64,000 nt of DNA from an uncultured Phycisphaeraceae bacterium. GTDB lineage: Bacteria; Planctomycetota; Phycisphaerae; UBA1845. The notes beneath the pieces are model-generated. The model ran no database searches and had not been told where the DNA came from. It was given only the letters and a program-made list of their open reading frames with translations. The translations under genes were made by a program, and so were the position numbers. Within the stretch, counting starts at the first letter, position 1. Each line of letters begins with the position of its first letter. Of this stretch, positions 37,537-45,827 are shown piece by piece. The DNA lies in contig CAZBUJ010000001.1 of NCBI GenBank assembly GCA_964495075.1, forward strand, positions 78,539 through 142,538. The letters are read 5' to 3'.

Positions 37537-40500
37537 CTCCGTCCCTCCATCGGCATCGTCTCACGTTGTACTCGACGCGCGAAGATTGGATAGAGGAGCG
37601 GAAGTACGAACAGCGTGAGGAGTGTGGAGGTGAGGATTCCACCGATGACGACTGTGGCAAGCGGTCGCTGCACCTCAGCCCCGACCCCAGTGGAGAGAGC
37701 CATTGGAATGAACCCGGCTGCATCCGTAATCCCGGTTGCGAGCACCGGGCGAAGCCGCTGCTTGGCCGCCGTCGTGACGGACTCCTTCATCGCTAGTCCT
37801 TGTTCACGGAACTGTCTAATGGCGGACACGAGAATCTGGCCGTTGAGAACCGCGATACCCGCCAGTGCGATGAAGCCGACAGCCGCACTTACGCTGAAGG
37901 GCATGTCACGATGCCAGAGCGCAAGGATACCACCAACTGCGGCGAACGGTATCCCGGTGTAAATGAGCAACACGTCTCGGAGGTTCTTCAAGCTGAAGTA
38001 CAGCAGCAGGAACACGATCACGAGCGTAAGCGGCACGACGACGCTAAGCCGCAGGCGCGCCCGCTCAAGGTTCTCAAACTGGCCGCCCCAGTCGATAACG
38101 TACCCCGCTGGCAGGTCGAGTTCGTTCGCGACGCGTGCCTTGGCCTCGGCGACAAATGACGCGATATCGCGACCGACAATGTTACACTGCACACGCAGCA
38201 GCCGCCGACCCCACTCGCGGTTGATCGTCGCAAGCCCCTCCACGTCTCTTACGTCGGCCACGTCTTCAAGGGGCACCCGCGGTCCGATCTCGGTCGGGAT
38301 GAGCGTCTTCGCCAGGAGATCGGCATCCGCGCGATGGGTATCCGGGAGTCTGACGACGAGCGGAAACGTGCGCTGACCCTCGAACACCTCGCCTACGGTC
38401 CGGGTGCCGACCGTCTCTATGAAATCAAGCACGTTCTTGGCTGGGATACCGTAGCGCCCGATTTGTCCCTGGTCCACCTTGATGCGAAGCGTCGGCTGAC
38501 CTGTCATCTGGTCCACGGCGATATCTGAGGCGCCTTCCATGTTCGCAAGAATCTCCTGCACGCGCTCGCCAATTCGAACAAGCTCGTCGAAGTCGTCGCC
38601 GTAGATCTTGATGCCCAGGTCGGAGCGAATCCCCGAAATCATCTCGTTCAAACGCATCTCGATCGGCTGCGTCATCACCATGTTGAGCCCGGGCAGGTCC
38701 GAAACCTCATCCTGCATCAGGGCCGTCAACTCTGCCTGCGACGTCGCCCGCTTCCATTGAGTGCGAGGCTTGAGTGTCAGGAAAATGTCCGTCAGTTCGA
38801 TCCCCATCGGGTCGGTCGCCACTTCCGCGGTGCCGACCCTACTCCACGCGTGCTCGATTTCGTCGGGGAACTTCTCCAACAGGAGTTGTTCGATGCGGGT
38901 GTTGTAGCGTGCCGATTCTTCGATCGAGACGCCTGCGAGGCGAATCGTATTGATGACGATGGAGCCCTCGCTCAGCCGCGGGATGAACTCGCCACCGAGG
39001 CGCAAGCCAAGCACTCCGGCAATTACGAGAACGCTAGCGACGGCAACGAACACCAACACACGAAGTCGCCTGGCCCACCAGAGCAACCAGCCATATACCG
39101 CTCCGAGCACGCGAGCAGCCACGCCCTCCTTCTCTCGTGCCTTTCGTGGCAGCAGGTAGTAACCCATGACGGGGGAGAGAAAGATCGCGATAAGCAGAGC
39201 GCCAACCAGAGCGAAGATGAAGGTCCACGCCATCGGTTGAAACAGCTTTCCCTCGATGCCTTCGAGAGTCAGAATCGGGAAAAACACGACGCAGATGATG
39301 CCCATGCCGAAGATGATGGGGCGAACCACCTGGCGGCTCGATTCCAGAATCAGCGACATCTGCTCACTCATCGTCAGGGACCGACCGAGTTCACGCTGCC
39401 GAGTGGCCAGCGACCGCAGATTCGATTCGGTCATCACGACCGAACCATCGATGATGATGCCGAAGTCGATGGCGCCGAGGCTGAGAAGACTGGCGGCGAT
39501 GGCAAACTCGGCCATGCCCAGCACGGCAAAGAGCATCGCCATTGGAATCGTGACGGCAACCAGCAGGCTGGCCCGCACGTTGCCGAGTAGCACGAAAAGC
39601 ACGAGCACAACAAGCAGCGCCCCGGCGACAAGGTTGTGCTGCACGGTGCCGATGACCTGCCGCACGAGATCCGTCCGATCGTAGACGATTTCCACGGTGA
39701 CATCTTCGGGAAGCGATCTCTTTACGCTCTCCAGGCGCTCTTTAAGAACCTCGGTAACCGTTTTGCTGTTTTCACCCATCAGCATGAAGGCCAACCCGAG
39801 AACGGCCTCACCTTCGCCTTGGGCGGTCACGACGCCGCGACGGATTTCGTGACCAATCTGAACATCCGCGATGTCGCGGATGCGCACCGGCGTTCCTTCG
39901 TATGCGGCTAGAACAATATTCTCAATTTCCTCAATGCTCGACACCCGGCCCAAACCATGCACCAGCCGCGACTCGCCACCGGAAGCAACCTGTCCGCCCC
40001 CGACGTTGTGGTTGTTCTCCTCAAGAGCCCGAAAGACGTTTCCCAAGGTAAGGTCGTACTTGAGGAGCGCGTCGGGCGAGACGACAACGTGGAACTGCTT
40101 TTCCTTTCCGCCCCAGGAGTTCACTTCTGCCACACCAGGCACTTTCCGAAGCTCCGGCTTGATGACCCAATCGTGAACCGTGCGCAGCTCTTCGAGTGTT
40201 CGGTTGGGGTCGTTCGAGCGGACGGTGTAGTGGAAGATCTCACCCAGGCCCGTCGCAATAGGGCCGAGTTCCGGTCGGCCGATGCCCTGGGGCAACTCAA
40301 CGGCGGCCAGCCTCTCGGAAACGTATTGACGGGCGTCGGTAATATCAGTGGCGTCGTCGAATATCGCCACGACCTGGGACAGGCCGAACTTCGATACGGA
40401 ACGCACGGCTGTCAGTCCGGGCAACCCCCCGATGGCCAGTTCTACCTGGAGAGTGATCTGCTGCTCGATCTCTTCAGCATTGAGCGCCGGGGCGACCGTG

Positions 40501-40649
40501 TTGATCTGGACCTGAACCGGCGTGGTGTCCGGAAACGCGTCCACTGGAAGATTCGCAAGCTGCCAAGCTCCCAGCCCCAAACACACCGCAAAGAACAACA
40601 GAACCAGCAGGCGGTTCTTCAGGGCGAATTCGACGAGACGATCCATCAA
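37533..40649 (-). CDS. czcA: heavy-metal efflux RND transporter, CzcA-like (HME family)
   Basis: 1038 aa, 12-TM RND layout. N-terminus MMDRLVEFALKNRLLVL...VDAFPDTTPVQVQI. TM4 motif GAIDFGIIIDGSVVM is typical of divalent-cation HME pumps, as opposed to the CusA-type motif (from memory). Confidence 0.93.
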   Translation of the reverse strand: MMDRLVEFALKNRLLVLLFFAVCLGLGAWQLANLPVDAFPDTTPVQVQINTVAPALNAEEIEQQITLQVELAIGGLPGLTAVRSVSKFGLSQVVAIFDDATDITDARQYVSERLAAVELPQGIGRPELGPIATGLGEIFHYTVRSNDPNRTLEELRTVHDWVIKPELRKVPGVAEVNSWGGKEKQFHVVVSPDALLKYDLTLGNVFRALEENNHNVGGGQVASGGESRLVHGLGRVSSIEEIENIVLAAYEGTPVRIRDIADVQIGHEIRRGVVTAQGEGEAVLGLAFMLMGENSKTVTEVLKERLESVKRSLPEDVTVEIVYDRTDLVRQVIGTVQHNLVAGALLVVLVLFVLLGNVRASLLVAVTIPMAMLFAVLGMAEFAIAASLLSLGAIDFGIIIDGSVVMTESNLRSLATRQRELGRSLTMSEQMSLILESSRQVVRPIIFGMGIICVVFFPILTLEGIEGKLFQPMAWTFIFALVGALLIAIFLSPVMGYYLLPRKAREKEGVAARVLGAVYGWLLWWARRLRVLVFVAVASVLVIAGVLGLRLGGEFIPRLSEGSIVINTIRLAGVSIEESARYNTRIEQLLLEKFPDEIEHAWSRVGTAEVATDPMGIELTDIFLTLKPRTQWKRATSQAELTALMQDEVSDLPGLNMVMTQPIEMRLNEMISGIRSDLGIKIYGDDFDELVRIGERVQEILANMEGASDIAVDQMTGQPTLRIKVDQGQIGRYGIPAKNVLDFIETVGTRTVGEVFEGQRTFPLVVRLPDTHRADADLLAKTLIPTEIGPRVPLEDVADVRDVEGLATINREWGRRLLRVQCNIVGRDIASFVAEAKARVANELDLPAGYVIDWGGQFENLERARLRLSVVVPLTLVIVFLLLYFSLKNLRDVLLIYTGIPFAAVGGILALWHRDMPFSVSAAVGFIALAGIAVLNGQILVSAIRQFREQGLAMKESVTTAAKQRLRPVLATGITDAAGFIPMALSTGVGAEVQRPLATVVIGGILTSTLLTLFVLPLLYPIFARRVQRETMPMEGRR

Positions 40650-40657
40650 CTGCCTCC

Positions 40658-42184
40658 TTACTCGTCAACGCAGCCCGCTCCGAGCCGTGATTTCAAGAAC
40701 TCTGACTTTATGGTGAACGCGCCCTGGACAACGACCGCGTCCTTCGGGCCGATGCCGCCCAGGAGTTCTACCGTGTCACCGTTTCGCTTGCCGATGATCA
40801 CACGCCGCAGGTCAAAGAGGTCGTCGGAGGCCTTCACGAATACGTAAGGTTGCTCGTTGATGCGTTGCAATGCATCTTTGGGAATGCGGAGCGTAGAGGT
40901 GGCTTCGCCAAGAAAGACGTGGACCTCGGCGAACATGCCGTCGCGAAGGCGTCGTTCCGCGTTCCCGACTTGCGCCCGGGCCTTGATGAGGCGCGTCCGC
41001 TCATCCACACGCGAATGGACCCACACGAGTCTGCCATCGAAATCCAAATCAGGAAGAGCTTTGAATGTCGCCCGCACCGAAAGGCCGGTATGAAGCGCGG
41101 CCGCCTCGCTTTCGGGGACGGCCAGTTCGATCCACATTGTGGAAAGATCAGCCAACGTGAACAACGGAATCCCGGGCTCAACCGCCTCGCCGACGACCGC
41201 GGTTCGCTCGACCAGGGTGCCCGAAAAAGGCGCTCGAACGAGGAGAACTGACGAACTCGATTGGCTCTGCTCTACGTCAACGATTTCTTCCTCAGTAAAG
41301 CCGAGATTTGCGAGCCGCTGCCGGGCAGTGAGGCGGGCGATTCTGGCGCGGTCATACTCCGACTCGGCCTGCTCGAAATCTCGCTCCGGCGAAATCTCCT
41401 TTGCGCGCAATTGTCTCTCTCGCTCGTGGGCGAGCGCCTTCAACCGTTCGTCAACCATCGATATCAAGTAATCCCGTTTCGCCGCAGCTACTTCGGACGA
41501 TGCGATTTCAACAAGTACCTCGCCCGCCTTGAGCTCCTGTCCAACATCGACGAGCACGCGCTGGACCACGCCCGAAGCAAGTGGCGTGATCCGAGCCAGA
41601 AGGTTCTGGTTGTAACGCGCTTCTCCAAGAGCCCTGACGGTCGGAGCCGCCTCACTCTCTTTTGGGAAGGCAACGCGAATCCCCGCCTTGTCAGCCGATT
41701 GCGGCGAGACGGTTCGTACTTTCAGGCTCTCTCCGGGCCTGAGCTTCGCTGCAAGCTCTGGGTGACAGATGCCGCATTCCCTCTCGGCCACGCCATGCTC
41801 CTTGCACCACAGTCTGCCCGGCTTCCGCGCTACGGCGTCATCCTCAGTCCCGTCTTGCCATTTCTCCTTGATCCCTGGGTGACATTCCTCGCACTGCGAT
41901 TCGGGAACACCATGCTCGGTGCACCAATCCCCCTCGGCTTTGAACGCCGCTATCAGCGCAGGACGGCATTGAGTACATAGGGCTTCCGGCACGCCATGGC
42001 TTCCGCAGAAGCCGTGCTCTCTGATCAATTCCGGCTTGCAGAACGGACAGATCGTTGCCGGTACGTGGTGCTTCGCACACGTTTCGTCCGTGCCGTTGTC
42101 GTCCGCCAGGATGCTCTGCGACATGCAGCCGACAAGGTACGCCAAAACAAGCAGCATTAAGCCGTTTCGTTGTTTGTATCTCAT
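40658..42184 (-). CDS. czcB: RND efflux membrane-fusion lipoprotein (CzcB-like) with four N-terminal Cys3-His modules
   Basis: 508 aa. Lipobox LAYLVGC, then four C-x9-C-x2-C modules, then a typical MFP barrel-sandwich/hairpin region (GVVQRVLVDVGQELKAGEVLVEI...). Confidence 0.85.
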   Translation of the reverse strand: MRYKQRNGLMLLVLAYLVGCMSQSILADDNGTDETCAKHHVPATICPFCKPELIREHGFCGSHGVPEALCTQCRPALIAAFKAEGDWCTEHGVPESQCEECHPGIKEKWQDGTEDDAVARKPGRLWCKEHGVAERECGICHPELAAKLRPGESLKVRTVSPQSADKAGIRVAFPKESEAAPTVRALGEARYNQNLLARITPLASGVVQRVLVDVGQELKAGEVLVEIASSEVAAAKRDYLISMVDERLKALAHERERQLRAKEISPERDFEQAESEYDRARIARLTARQRLANLGFTEEEIVDVEQSQSSSSVLLVRAPFSGTLVERTAVVGEAVEPGIPLFTLADLSTMWIELAVPESEAAALHTGLSVRATFKALPDLDFDGRLVWVHSRVDERTRLIKARAQVGNAERRLRDGMFAEVHVFLGEATSTLRIPKDALQRINEQPYVFVKASDDLFDLRRVIIGKRNGDTVELLGGIGPKDAVVVQGAFTIKSEFLKSRLGAGCVDE

Positions 42185-42214
42185 GGATCGATCTACTGAT
42201 TTCTTGAGTCAAGT

Positions 42215-42364
42215 TCACAGCAGGAACGCCGCCAGAGCATTCCGAGCGAAGTCAGAGATGAACTCTGCGACCACGTTCTCCTCTGGCGCCAAACAGCCGC
42301 TCACCGCAGTCAGCAAGACGCTACTGAGGCTCATCAGCGTAAATCGCCAGCATTGCTTCTTCAT
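42215..42364 (-). CDS. 49-aa putative lipoprotein between czcC and czcB (not in ORF track)
   Basis: MKKQCWRFTLMSLSSVLLTAVSGC|LAPEENVVAEFISDFARNALAAFLL. Lipobox AVSGC. Its ATG (42364-42362) overlaps the czcC stop (42363-42361) as ATGA. Ends 30 nt before czcB. Confidence 0.45.
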   Translation of the reverse strand: MKKQCWRFTLMSLSSVLLTAVSGCLAPEENVVAEFISDFARNALAAFLL

Positions 42365-43851
42365 GAACCATCCTCCACGTCGGCTAACGCCGCGATGTCC
42401 GCGAGCGGCCGACCTACAACCTGTTCCAATTCGGGAAGCGTCATCGATGCCTCGCCGAGGGCGTTCACATAGTCACGCCGACTTGACAGCAGGAATCGCT
42501 GAGCCTCCAACACCGAAAGAAACGATGCCTTGCCGAGGCGATATGCTTCCTGTGATAGATCGAGGTTCTCCTGCGCCAGGGGCAATGAGCGCTCTCGGTA
42601 CATCCGGACCAGGCGCCAATTCGTCTTGGCCCGATCCAGGACGCCGTGCACTTCCTGCACCAGCGCTCGCTCGATGGCGACACGCGTTTTGACCGCCTGT
42701 TCAAAGTCGTATTTGGCCCGCGCGATCTGGGCCTGGTTCTGGTCAAAAATGGGAAGCTCAAGGCTGAGCGTCGGACCAATCACAAACTCCGTATCCTGGT
42801 CGCGCTCCGACCGCGGTTGAATCTCAGGTGCGGAGAGCCGACCGTTGGCAATCGTTGCACGGGCCGTGTCGGCCAGTACATCACGGCCTCCCTGTGATTT
42901 GCGAGCGTCGCGCTCCATTGACACGCCCAGTTCGACCAGGGGAAAGACGCGTCGGTACTCGGTCTGGAGTTTTGCTTCGGCTGCTTGAACGAGGTCACTC
43001 GCAGCCGCAACGTCGAGGCGCGATGCCAATGCAAGTTGGAGGAGCGCGTCACCATCGGGCATGTTTTCCGGTGGAGGCGGCAGTTGATTCGTGAGTTGAA
43101 GCTCCGAGGCTCGATTCGAAACGCCGAGCAGCGTTGCCAGCGTGCGGCGAGCATCGTCGGCCGCCAGCCGAGCAGACTCGGCTTGAAGTTCGGCTTCGAT
43201 CACCGCCGTGCGAGCGAGGTTGACATCCACGCGACCTGATGCTCCGGCCCTTTGCCGCTCTTCAGCAAGCGTGGCGAGCCGCTTTGCCAATTCGAGGTTC
43301 TCTTGAATGACGTCTTGACGCTCCGCCGCCTGGAGCGCCGTGAAGTAAGCCTTCTTCGTATCAACGAAGAGTGCGGCTGCGCGGCGGGCCACGTCGAGGA
43401 TCGCAGCGTCTAATGCGCTTTCCGCCGCCCGGGTGCGCACCGGTATCTGCCATAGCTCCGCTATGTTCTGTGCTAATCCTGCTTCAACGTTGGCCAAGCC
43501 GCCCCCCGAAGGCAGTCGAAGGGAAACGCCAAGGCTCGGGTTCGATAGAAGACCGGCTTGCACGACATCCGCACGTGCGAGCCCTACTTCGAAGAGCGAT
43601 GCCTGGAGTGTCGGATTGTTAAGGAGGGCGATCGCAATTGAGTCCTCAATACTGAGGCCGTCGGCGAGTCGTTCCTCGACCAGTTCTGCGACTCGCTCGT
43701 CCTCACCGGGCCGATACATGTCGGGCACGCCAGTTGCCTCCGATACCAGCTCCCTGACCCGCAGGTAGTCGGCCCGGGGCTCAACCGTGGCGCAACCGCC
43801 GAGCACCGTCACCAAAGCCGAAATTGCCAGCCCATAACCGAATTTTCTCAT
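42361..43851 (-). CDS. czcC: outer-membrane efflux protein (TolC/CzcC family) lipoprotein
   Basis: ATG 43851 gives MRKFGYGLAISALVTVLGGC, a lipoprotein signal. Two OEP-type repeat halves with coiled-coil segments. Confidence 0.85.
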   Translation of the reverse strand: MRKFGYGLAISALVTVLGGCATVEPRADYLRVRELVSEATGVPDMYRPGEDERVAELVEERLADGLSIEDSIAIALLNNPTLQASLFEVGLARADVVQAGLLSNPSLGVSLRLPSGGGLANVEAGLAQNIAELWQIPVRTRAAESALDAAILDVARRAAALFVDTKKAYFTALQAAERQDVIQENLELAKRLATLAEERQRAGASGRVDVNLARTAVIEAELQAESARLAADDARRTLATLLGVSNRASELQLTNQLPPPPENMPDGDALLQLALASRLDVAAASDLVQAAEAKLQTEYRRVFPLVELGVSMERDARKSQGGRDVLADTARATIANGRLSAPEIQPRSERDQDTEFVIGPTLSLELPIFDQNQAQIARAKYDFEQAVKTRVAIERALVQEVHGVLDRAKTNWRLVRMYRERSLPLAQENLDLSQEAYRLGKASFLSVLEAQRFLLSSRRDYVNALGEASMTLPELEQVVGRPLADIAALADVEDGS

Positions 43852-43965
43852 GAGCAGAGTTCCTGACTGATTCAAAACCAACCGGTGCCACGATGTGGCA
43901 ACGGCGTCACAGCAGCGGCTGCGCGCAACGGCGCCGCAACTGAAGCAAGTCGATGGTTGTTCGAA

Positions 43966-44358
43966 TTAGATCAGGAGCGGACGGTCGCTCGGAGGGTAGG
44001 GAAGATTGAAGTGACGTCTGCGGTCACTTGTCCTAGCGTGGAGTCGAGGAGCCGGATCCGGAACATTGTGATTGCACAAAGCCGGGACTATCGCCACGGG
44101 ACCGCTTGCCGAAACTCCGGGCACCTGTGTGGCGCCGGTTTGCTTCGTTACTTGAGCGTTGCAGAGCTCATTGCACGCGGCGCAATCACAATCCGAATCG
44201 CGCTCGTGCTCGTCGGGACAGCCTTGCTCGTTGCAGTCGGTATCTTGGCTGTGAGGACATGACTGCTCGCAACAACCTGTCCATAGCCCCCCCTTACAGA
44301 GCATGGGCATGACCCACATGCCCCACGCGGCGGTGATGAGCAACACATATCGCATCAT
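43966..44358 (-). CDS. Cys/Asp/His-rich small secreted protein upstream of czcC (hypothetical)
   Basis: 130 aa. Hydrophobic N-terminus MMRYVLLITAAWGMWVMPML, then CKGGLWTGCCEQSCPHSQDTDCNEQGCPDEHERDSDCDCAACNELC. 11 Cys in total (my count). Lies 85 nt upstream of czcC on the same strand. Confidence 0.45.
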   Translation of the reverse strand: MMRYVLLITAAWGMWVMPMLCKGGLWTGCCEQSCPHSQDTDCNEQGCPDEHERDSDCDCAACNELCNAQVTKQTGATQVPGVSASGPVAIVPALCNHNVPDPAPRLHARTSDRRRHFNLPYPPSDRPLLI

Positions 44359-44718
44359 ACGGCTTGTTTGGACTCCATTGCGGGCGTTTCCGCCGTGCCG
44401 ACCCGGCGCTGCTTGCAGACGCCGTTCATCGGGGGGCAGGCGCCTTGCTTCACCATGTCATGAAACATAGGGCCGCTCACACCCAAACGTCAAGTCGCCG
44501 ACTTGACCGGACCCGCCTGAAACCACCAGCAACCCTGCTTAAAGACGCCCGGGACAACGAACCGACCTGCCGTTAACTCCTTTAGCGACAGCCCTTTAGG
44601 TCAGGGTGGACAAGGCCGTTCTCGAAACCTTCTTGCGCGGCAAATCAGGGTCGAAGTGCCGCCTTAGCCCTGCCGCAGCCGGGGCCGGCTTCCGGGATGC
44701 CGGCCGCAGCCATTCGAA

Positions 44719-45200
44719 TCACGGTTTGCTCTCTTTCTTCGGGTTCAGCAGCTTTGAGATGACTTCGTTGTACTTCTTCTCGTCACCCGTTTCGAAGCCG
44801 ACTTGCGTATATCGAATGTCGTCGTTGCTCGGAAAGTGTGGCACGTGAGCATGCTTGCCGGCAAGCCGGCGTCCTTGAAGCGTCGCTTCACCATGCGGAG
44901 CGCATCCTTTCCGCTGACTCCGGTGGCCGTCATCGAACGCGTCCTGCCGCGGGCCGTTCGGAAGAGCGGAGCATCGCCGTGATCCCTCGCGATTCCGGCC
45001 GCGCGGATATAATCGTGCATGTGACCCTCCAGGTCGTGCCTGCATGGGATGTCGCGGACTTTGCCTCCTTTCTCGTCGAATCGAAAAACCCACTGCCGGC
45101 CGTCGGTGTAGAAGTCGCCCAGCCGCAGGCGGGCGAGAGCAACCGACGACTGGCACGGACGGTGTCGGTCGCGCTCCATCGGCGCGATTTCAATGGCCGT
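44719..45200 (-). pseudogene. tyrosine recombinase/integrase, C-terminal catalytic fragment with frameshift and internal deletion
   Basis: LARLRLGDFYTDGRQWVFRFDEKGGKVRDIPC...APLFRTARG...LTCHTFRATT, then a shift to ...DIRYTQV...KKYNEVISKLL. The N-terminal SAM-like domain is missing, as are about 20 aa between the HxxR and the RY motif. Confidence 0.65.
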
Positions 45201-45827
45201 CGCCGGACGATCCGACTCGCCGGTCGGCGCGCTCACCTGCCCCGCAACGCGGCGTTCGCCCAACGTTGTCACCCCGTATTCCGGTGGCACTGTATAATAA
45301 CGTTTTGCATTTGACTTATCTGCCAAAGGCAGGTATTTTACCCGTATTATGGGGGTCGTACGGGTCGGAGGGATCACGCAAGTCACCAAACCGCACAGCG
45401 TCGCAATTGCGCAGTTTTCGCGTGGGGGGAGGTCGTGGTGTGTGGAGCGACGGGAGGGATGGCGCTACTTGTTCCTGTCGATCATTTCGCCGCGGCCGGG
45501 ACTGTCCCCGGGCATCCATCCAGACGCACATCGCCGCGTGCGTGCTGATTTCGGTGCGGTGCAGTCCGGCATCATGAGGTCGTCAATCCCGCCCACCCCG
45601 AATGGGGGTGTCTGAGTTGGGGTGAAGGCGGCCCAGCATCGTGATTCGCATCTATTCTGAGCGGAGGGCAACGGCGCCCAGATCGTGGCGTGTCCGCCGC
45701 CGGTTCGGGGGGGCGGCGTGGCGAGTCCGTGGGGACGTCGCGGCGCACGCCCACCGCATGGCCGACCGCCGTCCCGCGCGACCACGTGTCACGGACAGGG
45801 GTAACAGGGAATTACGGAGGATTCGAA

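Larger units (their letters stand above)
36389..45600. mobile_element. tRNA-Gly-associated genomic island remnant carrying a CzcCBA-type metal efflux operon (boundaries approximate)
   Basis: The tRNA is immediately followed by a dead integrase, and a second dead integrase lies at the far side. The cargo is a self-contained metal-efflux operon. GC looks slightly lower than in the flanks. Confidence 0.5.

Noticed and set aside
44364-44576. Small ORFs between the Cys-rich gene and the dead integrase (70-aa plus-strand ORF; 37-aa minus-strand MFHDMVKQGACPPMNGVCKQ...)
   Set aside because: There is no SD, no motif, and arbitrary composition. I looked here for a metal-responsive regulator of the czc operon and did not find one.
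45579-45599. Possible attR: GTCGTCAATCCCGCCCACCCC, resembling the tRNA-Gly 3' end GTCGTCGGTTCAAATCCGATCACCCGC
   Set aside because: It gives only about 16 matching positions and needs a 6-nt gap plus mismatches. That is too weak to call a direct repeat without a proper alignment. It is mentioned only as a place to look.
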